Source: an uncultured Deinococcaceae bacterium
GTDB lineage: Bacteria; Deinococcota; Deinococci; Deinococcales; Deinococcaceae
Assembly (NCBI GenBank): GCA_964252075.1
Contig: CAXULY010000028.1
Coordinates: 9,366-73,365 of the forward strand
Direction: 5' to 3'
Length of the DNA: 64,000 nucleotides
Below, piece by piece: positions 44,448 through 56,065 of this stretch. A model generated the notes under the pieces. The model was not told where the DNA came from and did no database searches. It was given only the letters and a program-made list of their open reading frames with translations. The first letter of the stretch is position 1. Each line of letters starts with the position of its first letter. The translations under genes and the position numbers were made by a program.

Positions 44448-45467
44448 CTAGCGCGCCCGGCCCTGCTGGATGGCGAGCAGGTGATCCAGGCGCGCCTGCA
44501 GGCCGGGGTGCGTGGAGAGCAGACCCGCGTCGTCGCCCGCCCGGCGCGTGAGGCGCGTCAGGATGTTCCGCAGGGGCGCGGTCGTGCCGTTGTGCCGCAT
44601 GAGGTAGCGGGCGGCGTCCCCGTCCGCCTGCGCTTCCATGTCGCGCGAGTACCCGTTCTGCGCGACAAGCAGCGCGACCGTGCCGCCCACCGTACCCGCG
44701 CTCGTCACGTCGCCCGTCACGAGGGACGCGAACAGCAGCAGGCCCGCGCCCTGGTACACGCTCTTCGCGGCGTGGCGGCGCTCCACGTGCCCCACCTCGT
44801 GCGCCAGCACCCCCATGACCTCCCGGTCGGACTTCGAGAGGCGCACGAGTTCGTCCGTGAGGACCACCGTGCCGTCCGGCAGCGCGAAGGCGTTCGCGCC
44901 GATGAGCTTGCCGCCCCGCCGGAACGCGAGGCGGTACGGGTACGTGCGGCTGCCGCGCTCCCGCGCCAGCTGCGTGAACTCCGCGCTGAGGCGCAGGCGC
45001 GCGCTGTTCGGGAGGCGGCTGGGCTTCAGGTACTGGCGGTCCATGAGGCGCAGCGTCTGCGCGTCCATGACGCGCAGCACGGCGGGCGGCGTGACCTGCG
45101 CCGCGACGCCCGCCAGGGCGGGCAGCCCGAAGCGCGTGAACCCCCACACGGCGAGCGCCAGCGCCAGCACGCTCAGGAGCGCGCTGCGCCAGCGGCCCTC
45201 CAGCGCCTGCACGACGCGCAGCCCCCGGTTCGCGCGGAGGTGCGCCTCCAGCGCGCGCACCTCCGTGAGGTCGGTGGTCTCGAAGCGCGCGCCGCCCTGC
45301 AGGTGCAGCACCCGGCGCAGCCCGCCCAGTTGCGGCTCGATGCGCACGGCGCGCAGCCCGAAGCCCGTGTCGATGCCGTCCACGCGCAGCACCAGCCCGC
45401 TCGCGTCGAAGCGCGCCTGCGCGTCACGCGCGCGCGAGCTGAGGCCGTCGAAGTACACGCCCTGCAT
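44448..45467 (-). CDS. M48 family zinc metallopeptidase
   Basis: NAFALPDG, LAHEVGH, YSRDMEAQAD, LSTHP. Confidence 0.92.
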   Translation of the reverse strand: MQGVYFDGLSSRARDAQARFDASGLVLRVDGIDTGFGLRAVRIEPQLGGLRRVLHLQGGARFETTDLTEVRALEAHLRANRGLRVVQALEGRWRSALLSVLALALAVWGFTRFGLPALAGVAAQVTPPAVLRVMDAQTLRLMDRQYLKPSRLPNSARLRLSAEFTQLARERGSRTYPYRLAFRRGGKLIGANAFALPDGTVVLTDELVRLSKSDREVMGVLAHEVGHVERRHAAKSVYQGAGLLLFASLVTGDVTSAGTVGGTVALLVAQNGYSRDMEAQADGDAARYLMRHNGTTAPLRNILTRLTRRAGDDAGLLSTHPGLQARLDHLLAIQQGRAR

Positions 45468-46576
45468 CACAGCCCGATCTCAATGCCGAAGAACTCGGTG
45501 GCGGACTCCCCGAGCGCGCCGTCACGCGTGCCCGTGTCGGCGCTGAAGTCCTCCAGGCCGCCGGGCGCGAGCACCGCGATGTGCGCGAGCAGGTACCGCG
45601 CGCGGCGCACGGCCGCCCAGGGCGTCGCGAGGCCCACGCTGAGCACCTGCAGCGCCACGTTCGAGAGTTGAATCCAGCCGAACAGCCAGGGGTTCACGCG
45701 CGCCTCGAAGCGCACGCGCTCGTCCAGCACCGTGTGGTTCAGGGTGTAGTTCAGCAGGGCGCCGCGCACGCCCTGCGTCACGCCCGTCACGAGCATGAGG
45801 TACAGCAGGTACAGCGGCGCGAGCAGCCAGGGGACCGCGCCCACCCCGCCCCCGCGCGCCCCGCCGAGCGTGAGGGGCACCAGCAGCGCCACGCCGACGG
45901 TGAGCAGGGCCACGTACCCCGCAACAGTCAGGCCGAGCGCCGTGAGGTAAATCAGGTACACGGGACCGGCGTCGCCCGTGAAGCGGGCGCGGGCGCTGCC
46001 GTACGCGGCGTGGTCCATCTGGTAGCGGCGCTGGAGGCTCACCACGTACGGGAACACCGCCCCGAGCGTAAAGGGGGACAGCAGCGGCCACCACAGGTGC
46101 GTGCTGTACGCGCCGCGCAGCGTACCGTGGAAGTGGAAGCGCAGGCCGCGGTGCACGCTGTTCGTCGCGAGGAACCGCAGGGACTTGAAGATCAGGTACG
46201 GCAGCAGCAGCCCGAAGAGCGCCACGAGCGCCACCGTGAGCCAGCCCCAGCGCTCGTCCACCTGCCCGGCGTACTGCGACGCGACGTACAGCAGGAACAT
46301 GGCGCCCACCACGAGGTGCCCCTTCAGGATCGCGGTGGGGTTCGCGGTGTACGCGAAGTTCTGCCCGTCCAGCCACGTGTGGCCGTAGAAGTACTGCCGC
46401 GTGCGGACCTTCGCCCACGCGCCGTACACCCCGAGCGTCACGACGGTCAGGGCGGCGTTCACGATCCAGATGCGGAAGTACTCGCCCGCCCCGCCCGTAA
46501 AGTGCAGCGGGGGCGGCGCGCTGAGCGGCCCGCCCCCGGCGTGGGTGGGGGCAGGTGGGGAGGTCACGTCCGTCAC
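45467..46576 (-). CDS. YjgN/DUF898 family membrane protein
   Basis: FTGGAGEYFRIWIVN...TLGVYGAWAKVRTRQYFY; paired with an M48 peptidase. Confidence 0.92.
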   Translation of the reverse strand: MTDVTSPPAPTHAGGGPLSAPPPLHFTGGAGEYFRIWIVNAALTVVTLGVYGAWAKVRTRQYFYGHTWLDGQNFAYTANPTAILKGHLVVGAMFLLYVASQYAGQVDERWGWLTVALVALFGLLLPYLIFKSLRFLATNSVHRGLRFHFHGTLRGAYSTHLWWPLLSPFTLGAVFPYVVSLQRRYQMDHAAYGSARARFTGDAGPVYLIYLTALGLTVAGYVALLTVGVALLVPLTLGGARGGGVGAVPWLLAPLYLLYLMLVTGVTQGVRGALLNYTLNHTVLDERVRFEARVNPWLFGWIQLSNVALQVLSVGLATPWAAVRRARYLLAHIAVLAPGGLEDFSADTGTRDGALGESATEFFGIEIGL

Positions 46577-46668
46577 CGCCTCATGCTAACCGCGCGCTCA
46601 TGACCCTCATGCAGGAAAGCAGACAGGGGTGGCCCTCCGCCCGCTCAGCTTTCCGGTACACTTGCCGC

Positions 46669-47082
46669 ATGACCGAGTCCACACCCGAGGCCGGCGCGGG
46701 CGGCGTGGTCTTCGACGCGCGCGGTCAGGTGCTGCTCGTGCGCTACCGCAGTGGTGGCTGGGCCTTCCCGAAGGGGCACATCGAGCCCGGCGAGACGCCC
46801 GAACAGACGGCCCGGCGTGAGGTGCACGAGGAGACCGGCGTGCGGGCCGAGGTGGGCGCCGCGCTGCGCGCCACCCGCTACGTGAACGACCGCGGCACCC
46901 CGCGCGAGATTCAGTGGTTCGTGATGCGCGCCGAGCCCGGCCAGACGCACCTGGAGTCCACCTTCCAGGAGGGCGGCTTTTACGGCCCGGACGAAGCGCG
47001 GACTCTGCTAAGCTACCCTGAAGACCGCGCATTGCTTGATGAAGCCCTTATGCACGTGCACCACGGTGATGCCGGTGGGTGA
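46669..47082 (+). CDS. NUDIX hydrolase (Ap4A hydrolase-like)
   Basis: FPKGHIEPGETPEQTARREVHEETG. Confidence 0.92.
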   Translation: MTESTPEAGAGGVVFDARGQVLLVRYRSGGWAFPKGHIEPGETPEQTARREVHEETGVRAEVGAALRATRYVNDRGTPREIQWFVMRAEPGQTHLESTFQEGGFYGPDEARTLLSYPEDRALLDEALMHVHHGDAGG

Positions 47083-47101
47083 AGTGACGCCAGGAGGACG
47101 C

Positions 47102-47614
47102 ATGCCACTCTATCCCCTTGACGGGGTCCAGCCGCAGGTGAGTGAATCCGCGTTCATCGCGCCGAGCGCGGACGTGATCGGGCGGGTGCGGGTGCAGGAT
47201 GGCGCCAGCGTGTGGTTCGGCGCGGTGCTGCGCGGCGACCTTGAGGAGATCACGGTGGGGCCCGGCTGCAATGTGCAGGACGGCGCCGTGCTGCACACTG
47301 ACGAGGGGTACCCTTGCACCCTCGCGCAGGACGTCACGGTGGGGCACCGCGCCATCGTGCACGGCGCGACGTGCGCGCCCGGCAGCCTCGTGGGCATGGG
47401 CGCCGTGATGCTCACGGGCTCCAGCCTCGGCGCGGGCGCGGTGCTGGCGGCGGGCGCGCTCCTCACGGGCGGCACGCACGTCCCGGACGGCATGCTCGCG
47501 GCGGGCGTGCCCGCCCGCGTGCTGCGCGAGATCGCGCCGCAGGGGAACGCCGCGCGCTACCAGGCGAACGCGCAGCGGTACCGCGCGGGCCTCGGCGCGG
47601 GGCGTGAGGCATGA
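47102..47614 (+). CDS. gamma carbonic anhydrase family (YrdA/PaaY-like) protein
   Basis: VWFGAVLRGD, NVQDGAVLH, TVGHRAIVHG hexapeptide repeats. Confidence 0.92.
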   Translation: MPLYPLDGVQPQVSESAFIAPSADVIGRVRVQDGASVWFGAVLRGDLEEITVGPGCNVQDGAVLHTDEGYPCTLAQDVTVGHRAIVHGATCAPGSLVGMGAVMLTGSSLGAGAVLAAGALLTGGTHVPDGMLAAGVPARVLREIAPQGNAARYQANAQRYRAGLGAGREA

Positions 47615-48444
47615 CGGACCCGAACGCCAAGCCGGGAGGCGGTGAAGCCACGCCGCCCCCCGCGGCCGGCGACATCGAGATCGTGATTCCCGAGCTGCGC
47701 CCCATGTTCCCGGGCGCGCAGCCGTTCCTCGCGCGGTTCCTGCCGCGCTCCAAGGCGGCCTTCGTGGGCTTGCGCGCGGGCTTCTGCGACCTGCACGCCT
47801 TCCTGCGCTACCTGCACGACCAGGACTGGTACGGCTTTCTGCACGCGGGCCTGAACGACCAGTCCGCGTTCGTGATGGTGTACGAGGGCCGCACGGTCGC
47901 CGCCGCGAGCGGCACCACCACCGGCGAGCAGGCGCTCGGGGAGCTGCTGAGCCTCTTCGAGGCGGGCGCGCCCATCAACGCCTTCACGCTCAGCAAGGAC
48001 CTCGCGCAGATCCTCAGCGGCGTGGGCAGCCGCGCGTGGAAATTCAACCTCACCGAGGACTTCACGGGCCTGCAGGCGGGCCCGCGCGGCGCGACCTTCT
48101 GGCTGAACGGCAGCGTCATCGCGAACATGCCCGCCGTGCTGCCGTACGAGGGCGCCTTCCCCGCCCCCATGCGCCCCAACACCCTGATCCTGCCGAAGAG
48201 CCTCGCGGGCTGGGCGCACCGCAATTACGTGCTGACCCTGCGCGGCAAGGACGCCCTGAACGCCATCACGGTCGCGCACCAGAGTTTCCGCACGCAGTTC
48301 GGGCCGGTCGGGCTGGGCCTGCTGCGCGCCATGAGCGAGAACCTCTCGCCCGCCGAGTACAGCCTGCGCAGCGACGTCGCCCTGCACGACCTGGAACCCC
48401 TCGTGAACGAGTTCGCGCGCGGTGGCTTCGCCCGCGAGGCCTGA
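47611..48444 (+). CDS. hypothetical protein
   Basis: 277-aa ORF with strong codon bias, ATGA-coupled to the upstream gene. Confidence 0.75.
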   Translation: MTDPNAKPGGGEATPPPAAGDIEIVIPELRPMFPGAQPFLARFLPRSKAAFVGLRAGFCDLHAFLRYLHDQDWYGFLHAGLNDQSAFVMVYEGRTVAAASGTTTGEQALGELLSLFEAGAPINAFTLSKDLAQILSGVGSRAWKFNLTEDFTGLQAGPRGATFWLNGSVIANMPAVLPYEGAFPAPMRPNTLILPKSLAGWAHRNYVLTLRGKDALNAITVAHQSFRTQFGPVGLGLLRAMSENLSPAEYSLRSDVALHDLEPLVNEFARGGFAREA

Positions 48445-48456
48445 CCGCATCCGGGC

Positions 48457-49143
48457 ATGAACCGCCGCGCGCGTCAACGGTCCCGCGAGCCGGACTTCGT
48501 GAGTCGCGACACCGGGCGGCTCTCCGCGTTCAGTGACGCGGTGTTCGCCATTGCCCTCACGCTGCCCGTGCTGGAAATCCGGTTGCCCGGCGAGGGCGGG
48601 GCGTTCATGACGGGCCTGCAGAACATGCTGCCGGGCCTCCTCGTGTACCTCGTGACCTTCAGCGTGGGCGGCATTCACTGGCTGGCGCACTACCGGCTCT
48701 TCGGGCACGTGCGGCGCATCGACCGCCGCGCCATGAACAGCAACCTGGTGTTCCTGCTGCTGTTCAGCCTGCTGCCCCTCACCACGTCACTCCTCATGAA
48801 CAACGCCGAGCAGCCGATCGCGAAGGCCATGTACAGCGTGAACCTGGGGCTCTTGGGCCTCGTGCTGGGGTTCTTCTCGGGGTACCTGGACCGCCGGGGC
48901 TTCATCGAGCGGCCCGCGCTGGAACGCTACTACCGCGCCCGCAGCCTCGCGATGGGCACCCTGTTCCTGTTGCAGGCCCTGCTGGCGCTCGTGCGGTCGG
49001 AGTGGTGGGCGTGGTCGTACCTGCTGTTCCCGGTGGTGTTCGTGGTGCTGCGCCGCCTGCCCGCCATGCGGGTGCCCGACGAGCGCGAGGTGGATGAGCT
49101 GTACGACGGGCCGGAAGACACCCCACACCCCGAAGTCACCTGA
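48457..49143 (+). CDS. TMEM175 (DUF1211) family potassium channel
   Basis: RLSAFSDAVFAIALTL, WLAHYRLF, six TM helices. Confidence 0.9.
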   Translation: MNRRARQRSREPDFVSRDTGRLSAFSDAVFAIALTLPVLEIRLPGEGGAFMTGLQNMLPGLLVYLVTFSVGGIHWLAHYRLFGHVRRIDRRAMNSNLVFLLLFSLLPLTTSLLMNNAEQPIAKAMYSVNLGLLGLVLGFFSGYLDRRGFIERPALERYYRARSLAMGTLFLLQALLALVRSEWWAWSYLLFPVVFVVLRRLPAMRVPDEREVDELYDGPEDTPHPEVT

Positions 49144-49372
49144 GGCCAACCGCCGGGCCGCACGCACAGGTACCGGCCGTTCAGCCCGCCGGTTTTCCCG
49201 GGCTGCGCCTTCATGAATGGCGGTCGTCGTCGGGTGGGGCGTTCATGTTCATGCTGCCGCCGCCTCAGCGCGGCGCACGCCACGGAACCTTAAACAACCG
49301 CCCCACAACTCATCTTCCCGCACCTACAGTCCAGGGAACCCACCCGTCACGACTGAGCCACAGGAGGATGAC

Positions 49373-49828
49373 ATGAACCGAGTCACCGCGTTCGCCACGA
49401 TCACCTTGCTTGCCGTCTCGTCCGCCGCGCTCGCGCAGTGCTCGGCGCACCCCACCTCCGCCTTCGCGGGCCGCGTGAAGATCCCGTACCCCAGGCCCGG
49501 CGGGATGGCCTCCGTCACGCGGCTGTGCGGACCGCAGGCCACGCGCATCTCCGAGGACCTGATGGCGCAGGGCCGCCGCATGAACATGCAGCTGCGCTGG
49601 GTGGAGGTGTACGAGGTGCGCCGCTGGACGTCCGCCTTCCACGACAGCATCTATCAGCTGCGCGGCCTGGGCTTCCAGCAGGCGCAGTACCGGCAGTTCA
49701 AACTGGCGGGCTGGAACGACGCCGAAACCCTGGTGTACGCGAACCGCAGCGGCCGGTACGCCGGCATGATCATGCAGGGCCGCTCCGCCACCGGGGACAC
49801 GGCCCTGTTCGCCCTGTACGGCAACTGA
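49373..49828 (+). CDS. secreted hypothetical protein
   Basis: AGGAGG RBS; signal peptide ending ALA; two Cys. Confidence 0.75.
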   Translation: MNRVTAFATITLLAVSSAALAQCSAHPTSAFAGRVKIPYPRPGGMASVTRLCGPQATRISEDLMAQGRRMNMQLRWVEVYEVRRWTSAFHDSIYQLRGLGFQQAQYRQFKLAGWNDAETLVYANRSGRYAGMIMQGRSATGDTALFALYGN

Positions 49829-49831
49829 ACC

Positions 49832-51112
49832 TCAGCGCGCGGGGCGCAGGTCCTGCACGCGCCGCAGCTTGCCGCCCTCACTGCGCGGCAGGCTGCCTGG
49901 CGGGCACAGCTCGCACGCGACCGTGACGCCCAGCTCCGTCTTCAGGCGCCGCGCGAGCTCCGCATTCAGGGGGCCGTCCGTGCGGGCGCTCTCCACGCGC
50001 AGCAGCAGCTCGTCCAGGGTGCCGGAGCGGTCCAGCACCAGCAGGTAGTGCGGGCTGAGGCCGTCCAGGCCCGCCAGCACCGCCTCCACCTGCGTGGGGT
50101 ACACGTTCACGCCGCGCAGCACGATCATGTCGTCCGCGCGGCCCAGGATCTGGTCCATGCGGCGCGAGGTGCGCCCGGTCCTGTTCTCGCCAGGCAGCAG
50201 GCGCGTGAGGTCGCCCGTCCAGTACCGCAGGAGCGGCATGGCCGTGCGGCTCAGGCTGGTCAGCACCAGCACGCCCACCTCGCCGTCCGGAAGGGGCGCG
50301 CCCGTCTGCGGGTCCACGACCTCCGGGTAGAAGTGGTCCTCCCAGATGTAGCTGCCGTCCTGCTCGGTGGCGTCCTCGTTGCTCACGCCCGGCCCGATGA
50401 TCTCCGAGAGGCCGTAGATGTTCGTGGCGGTCACGCCGAGGCGCGCCTCGATCTCCTGGCGCATGGCGGGCGACCAGGGCTCCGCGCCCAGCACCGCGTA
50501 GCGCAGGCTGGTGCCGCCTGGCGCGTGCCCGCGCGCGGCCAATGCCTCCGCGAGCACCAGCGCGTAGCTGGGCGTGCAGGCGATCACCTCCGGCCTCAGG
50601 TCCTCGATGAGCGTCACCTGCCGGGCGGTGCCGCCGCCCGACACGGGCACCACCCCAAGGCCCAGGCGCTCGGCGCCCGCGTGCAGGCCCAGCCCGCCCG
50701 TGAACAAGCCGTACCCGTAGGCGTTGTGGAAGACCATGCCGGGCCGCGCGCCCGCCGCGTGCAGGCTGCGCGCCACCACCTCCGCGAACACCTCCAGGTC
50801 GTGCGCGTCGTACGCCACCACCGTCGGCTTGCCCGTGGTGCCGCTGGAGGCATGAATGCGGCGGATGTTTGCGCGGTCCGTCGCGAGCAGCCCGAAAGGG
50901 TAGTGGTCGCGCAGGGCGGCCTTCAGGGTAAAGGGGAAGCGGGACAAATCCTCCAGCCCCTTCAGGTCATCCGGCCCCACGCCCGCCGCCTCGAACTTCG
51001 CGCGGTACGCGGGCACGCGCTCGAACAGGCGCGCCACGGTTGCCTGCAGGCGCGCGAGTTGCAGCGCCCGCAGGTCCGGCAGCGGCAGGGCCTCCGCGGC
51101 GGGGTTGAACAC
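49832..51112 (-). CDS. paaK: phenylacetate--CoA ligase
   Basis: HASSGTTGKPT, YGYGLFTGGLG, YGLSEIIGPG, GVNVYP; GTG overlaps the paaZ stop. Confidence 0.95.
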   Translation of the reverse strand: MFNPAAEALPLPDLRALQLARLQATVARLFERVPAYRAKFEAAGVGPDDLKGLEDLSRFPFTLKAALRDHYPFGLLATDRANIRRIHASSGTTGKPTVVAYDAHDLEVFAEVVARSLHAAGARPGMVFHNAYGYGLFTGGLGLHAGAERLGLGVVPVSGGGTARQVTLIEDLRPEVIACTPSYALVLAEALAARGHAPGGTSLRYAVLGAEPWSPAMRQEIEARLGVTATNIYGLSEIIGPGVSNEDATEQDGSYIWEDHFYPEVVDPQTGAPLPDGEVGVLVLTSLSRTAMPLLRYWTGDLTRLLPGENRTGRTSRRMDQILGRADDMIVLRGVNVYPTQVEAVLAGLDGLSPHYLLVLDRSGTLDELLLRVESARTDGPLNAELARRLKTELGVTVACELCPPGSLPRSEGGKLRRVQDLRPAR

Positions 51113-53166
51113 TACGCCTCCCGGCGCGCCACGAGCGTCAGGATGCTGTACGTGGCGACCAGCACCTCGTCCTGGTTGGTGACCTCCACGTGCCAGCGCA
51201 CCACGCCCGTGCGTAGCTCGCCCTCGCGCGGGTCCTTCGCGGTCTTGCTCTGCACGGTGAGGCGCGCGCGGATGGTGTCCCCGAACCCCACGGGCTCCGT
51301 GAAGCGCAGGCCCTCCAGGCCGTAATTCGCGAGGACCGGCCCCACGCCAGGGTCCACGAACAGGCCCGCTGCCGCCGAGAGCACGAAGTACCCGTGCGCC
51401 ACCCGCTGCCCGAACAGGCTGTCCCGCGCGGCGATCTCGTCCGTATGCGCGTAGAAGCGGTCCCCGCTCAGGGCCGCGAAGGCGCTCACGTCCGCCTCCG
51501 TCACGGTGCGGCGCGGCGTGAGGAGGCTCTCGCCCACCTGCAGGTCCTCGAAGAACTTGCGGAAGGGATGTACGGTGTCCTCGTGCACGCGCGAGCCCGG
51601 CACGAACTCCCGCGTGATGGCGGTCAGGGTGCTGGGGTCCGCCTGGAGCGCCACGCGGTTCATGAAGTGCTTGATGCCGCTCAGGCCGCCCAGCTCCGCG
51701 CCGCCGCCCGCGCGACCGGGGCCGCCGTGCAGGAGCTGCGGCAGGGGGCTGCCGTGCCCGGTGCTCTCCTTCGCGTTGTCGCGGTTCAGGACCAGCACGC
51801 GCCCGTGCGCGCTCGCCATCCCGAAGAACAGGGTGCTCGCCTCGCGCGGGTCGTGCGTCACGATGCTGCCCGCAAGGCTCCCGCGCCCCAGGCGCGCCAG
51901 CTGCGCCGCCTCGTCCAGGTTGTCGTACGGCAGCAGGGTCGCGACCGGCCCGAAGGCCTCCAGCTCGTGCGGGCCGCGCGCGGTGAGGGGCGCGTCGCAG
52001 TACAGCAGGGTGGGGTCCATGAACGCGCCGCGCTCGCGGTCGCCGCCCAGCAGGTCCCGCGTCTCCCCGATCAGCACCTCCGTCTCGGAGCGCAGCTTCT
52101 CCAGCGTCTCGCGCACCCGCTCGCGCTGCTGCGTGCTCACCAGGGCGCCCATGCGCACGTCGTCGCGGCTGGGGTCGCCCACCGTGACCTTCGCGAGCCT
52201 TGCGCGGATGGCCGCCGCGACCTCCTGCACGCGCGCGCGCGGCACGATCACGCGCCGGATCGCCGTGCACTTCTGCCCGGCCTTCCCGGTCATCTCGTTC
52301 ACCACCTCGCGCGCGAACAGGTCGAACTCCGGACTGTCCGGCGTGACGGTCTCGCCCAGCACGCTGGCGTTCAGGCTGTCCGCCTCCGCGTTGAAGGGCA
52401 CGCTGCGCGCCACGAGGTTCGGGTGCACCCGCAGCTTGTTCGCGGTCGCGGCGGAGCCCGTGAAGGCCACCACGTCCTGCTCCGTCAGGTGATCCAGCAG
52501 GTCGCCCGCCTCGCCCGCCACGAGCTGCAGGCTGCCCTCCGGCAGAAGGCCCGAGGCCACGATGTCCCGCACCACCCGCTCCGTGAGGTACGCCGTCTGC
52601 GGCGCGGGCTTCACGAGGCTCGGGAGGCCCGCCAGGAAGGTCGGCGCCAGCTTCTCCAGCATGCCCCACACCGGGAAGTTGTACGCGTTGATGTGCACCG
52701 CGAGGCCCTCGCGCGGCACCAGCACGTGCCGCGCCACAAACCCGCCCTGCTTGCTGAGGCGCTCCACGTTCCCCTCCGGCCAGAAGCGCTCGTCAGGCAG
52801 CTCGCGCCGCCCCATGCTGGCGTACGAGAACAGGGTGCCGATGCCGCCCTCAATGTCCACCCAGCCGTCCCGCCGCGTCGCGCCCGTGAGGGTGCTCAGC
52901 GCGTAGTACGCCTCCTTGCGCTCCATGAGGTGCAGGGCGAGCGCCTTGAGCATGCGGGCGCGGTCGTGGAAGGTCAGGCGGCGCAGGGCGGCGCCGCCCA
53001 CCTCGCGCGCGTACTCGGTGGCGCGCGCGAAGTCCACGCCGTCGCTGGACACCACCGCCACGGGGCGCCCGAAGGTCGCGTCATGGACGGTCAGGCCGTC
53101 GCGCGCGGTGTGCCACGTGCCGTACACGTAATTGCCGGGCCGGAGAAGATCAGGAATGGTCGTCAT
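51112..53166 (-). CDS. paaZ: bifunctional aldehyde dehydrogenase / oxepin-CoA hydrolase
   Basis: [31 protein letters not shown]-terminal MaoC domain. Confidence 0.95.
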   Translation of the reverse strand: MTTIPDLLRPGNYVYGTWHTARDGLTVHDATFGRPVAVVSSDGVDFARATEYAREVGGAALRRLTFHDRARMLKALALHLMERKEAYYALSTLTGATRRDGWVDIEGGIGTLFSYASMGRRELPDERFWPEGNVERLSKQGGFVARHVLVPREGLAVHINAYNFPVWGMLEKLAPTFLAGLPSLVKPAPQTAYLTERVVRDIVASGLLPEGSLQLVAGEAGDLLDHLTEQDVVAFTGSAATANKLRVHPNLVARSVPFNAEADSLNASVLGETVTPDSPEFDLFAREVVNEMTGKAGQKCTAIRRVIVPRARVQEVAAAIRARLAKVTVGDPSRDDVRMGALVSTQQRERVRETLEKLRSETEVLIGETRDLLGGDRERGAFMDPTLLYCDAPLTARGPHELEAFGPVATLLPYDNLDEAAQLARLGRGSLAGSIVTHDPREASTLFFGMASAHGRVLVLNRDNAKESTGHGSPLPQLLHGGPGRAGGGAELGGLSGIKHFMNRVALQADPSTLTAITREFVPGSRVHEDTVHPFRKFFEDLQVGESLLTPRRTVTEADVSAFAALSGDRFYAHTDEIAARDSLFGQRVAHGYFVLSAAAGLFVDPGVGPVLANYGLEGLRFTEPVGFGDTIRARLTVQSKTAKDPREGELRTGVVRWHVEVTNQDEVLVATYSILTLVARREA

Positions 53167-53181
53167 GGGGGTCCTTTGGAT

Positions 53182-53670
53182 TCAGATGCTCTTGAGCGCC
53201 TCGAAGGGCTCCTGGCAGGCGTTGCACACGAACATGCGCTTGCACAGCGCGGAGCCGAAGGTGGCGGTGCGCCGGGTGTTCAGGCTGCCGCAGCGCGGGC
53301 AGGGGGTGGGCGCGGGGTCCAGCGTGATGAGGCCGTCCCCGGCGGGCGCAGGTGGCGCGAGGCCCGCGAGGCGCAGCTTCTCCCGCCCCACCGGGGTGAT
53401 GTCGTCGCTGCTCCACGGGGGTGAGAGGACCGTCTGCACCTGCACGTCCGGGACGCCCAGGGCGCGCACCGCCTCGCTGATGCCGTCGCGGATGACGTGC
53501 AGGGCCGGGCAGCCGCTGAAGGTCGGCACGAAGCGCACCGTCACGCGCTCATCCGTGACGTCCACGCCGCGCACCATGCCCATCTCCGTGACGCTCACGG
53601 TGGGGAGTTCGGGGTCGGGTACGCCCGCGAGGGCCGCCCACACCTCCCGCTCGCCCACAGTGGTGGTCAC
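53182..53670 (-). CDS. paaD: phenylacetyl-CoA epoxidase subunit PaaD
   Basis: [21 protein letters not shown], CxxCQEPFE. Confidence 0.93.
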   Translation of the reverse strand: MTTTVGEREVWAALAGVPDPELPTVSVTEMGMVRGVDVTDERVTVRFVPTFSGCPALHVIRDGISEAVRALGVPDVQVQTVLSPPWSSDDITPVGREKLRLAGLAPPAPAGDGLITLDPAPTPCPRCGSLNTRRTATFGSALCKRMFVCNACQEPFEALKSI

Positions 53671-54443
53671 CAGCGCACCGCCTCGGGGTCCGTGCGCGCG
53701 ACCGCCTGGAACTCCGCCAGCAGTTCGGTCAGGTGCGGGCTGTGCGTTTCCCGGTTGAAGGGTGTGACCTCGTTCTGGGGCATATTCAGGCCGCAGCGTG
53801 TGAGATGACCGGTGACCGCATGCAGCCAATCCCCTCGCAGCGCCTCCGGGTCGGGCAGCAGGCCGTCGTGAATGGCGGCCTCCTCGCCTGGCACGCGCTC
53901 CGGCAGCTGCAAGGCCAGCGGCCACAGCTCGTCCAATGCGTTCTGCGCCCGCCTCTGGCTCTCCTCGGTCCCGAGGCCCAGCTGCTCCACCCACTGCGCG
54001 CTGTGCTCCAGGTGGAAGCGCTCCTCGCGCACCGCCTGACCGGCGGCCTCCGCGAGCGGCGCCCAGGCGCTCCCGCGCGCCGCCGCCAGCCAGCGCAGCT
54101 CCCACGCGTCGAACAGGTACTGGCGGATCATGGTGAAGGCCCAGTCGCCGCGCGGTTGCTCGGTGAGGGGCAGGTTCCGCCAGAACGCCGCGTCCCGACG
54201 GAACGCGAGGGCGTCCGGGTCGCTGCCGTCCAGCCCCGCGCGCAGATCCAGCCACAGCATCGCGTGGCCCAGCTCGTCCTGCGCGAGGTTCGCGAGGGCG
54301 ATGTCCTCCTCCAGCAGCGGCGCGTGCCCGGTCCACTCGGCGTCGCGGTGCGCGAGGGTCAGCTCGTCGTCCGCGAGGGCCGTGAGGCGCGCGACCAGGG
54401 CCGCACGCACGGCGGGGGAGAGGGCGGTGGTGGCGTCACTCAC
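53667..54443 (-). CDS. paaC: phenylacetyl-CoA epoxidase subunit PaaC
   Basis: [27 protein letters not shown]. Confidence 0.93.
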   Translation of the reverse strand: MSDATTALSPAVRAALVARLTALADDELTLAHRDAEWTGHAPLLEEDIALANLAQDELGHAMLWLDLRAGLDGSDPDALAFRRDAAFWRNLPLTEQPRGDWAFTMIRQYLFDAWELRWLAAARGSAWAPLAEAAGQAVREERFHLEHSAQWVEQLGLGTEESQRRAQNALDELWPLALQLPERVPGEEAAIHDGLLPDPEALRGDWLHAVTGHLTRCGLNMPQNEVTPFNRETHSPHLTELLAEFQAVARTDPEAVRW

Positions 54444-54981
54444 CGCGCCGCCCCCCGATCAGGCCGTAGGCGCTCTGCTGCTTGTACGTCTTGTCCTTCG
54501 CGGGCGCGAACCAGCTCTCGACCACCTGGTCGTCCGGGTCGCTCTGCGCGAGGGCGCGGGCGGGCAGCACCCACCACACCAGCGCGGGCGGCTCGGGGTA
54601 TTCGGTCTGCGCGCGGGCCAGGGCGTCCTCGGGGTTCGCGGCGGCCACGGCGCCCACGTAGTCCGTGAAGGTCATGCTGCGCCGCGCGGACGCCTTGCGG
54701 AACACGAGGTACGGCTCGCGCTCCACGGGGTGCGCGTCGGTCCGAACCGGGGGCTGAGCCTCCAGCTCCTCCGCTGTGCGCGAGGTGATCTCCTCGGCGG
54801 GCGCCACCCACAGGCTCACGGCGCTCGGGCGGCGCGCAAACACGCTGCGCGCGGCGAGCAGGGCGTGCCTGCTGCTCGCCGCGTGCACGCTTCCGACCGC
54901 CTGGTGCGGCTTGCCGGGTGCGTCTTGCTTGAAGACCTCCCAGCGGGGCAGTGTATCTGGGTGAGGGGTATCCGGTCCCAT
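54436..54981 (-). CDS. paaB: phenylacetyl-CoA epoxidase subunit PaaB (tandem-domain form)
   Basis: WEVF...HQAVGSVHA...ARSVFARR...SLWV plus a second degenerate copy ending FAPAKDKTYK. Confidence 0.85.
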   Translation of the reverse strand: MGPDTPHPDTLPRWEVFKQDAPGKPHQAVGSVHAASSRHALLAARSVFARRPSAVSLWVAPAEEITSRTAEELEAQPPVRTDAHPVEREPYLVFRKASARRSMTFTDYVGAVAAANPEDALARAQTEYPEPPALVWWVLPARALAQSDPDDQVVESWFAPAKDKTYKQQSAYGLIGGRRGE

Positions 54982-54982
54982 C

Positions 54983-55927
<945 letters not shown>

Positions 55928-55957
55928 GACAGGGCCTCCCCGGAATGGCACATCAGG

Positions 55958-55981
55958 CTAACGCTCGTTAGGTTCATTGTA
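55958..55981 (-). promoter_or_regulatory. PaaR-type operator next to the paa -10 element
   Basis: CTAACG-CT-CGTTAG (55958-55971) fits CNAACGNNCGTTNG; minus-strand TACAAT at 55981-55976. Confidence 0.8.
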
Positions 55982-56065
55982 CGTCAGGGGACACCCCCAC
56001 GGACCGCGCCCGCCGTCACAGAGCGGGGCCGCCCGCGCATCAGCGGGCGGCCCGGATGGATGTCC

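Noticed and set aside
49832..52669. 945-aa ORF suggesting a long N-terminal fusion on PaaK
   Set aside because: The extension is an alternate frame of paaZ; PaaK similarity starts at the GTG at 51112 overlapping the paaZ stop.
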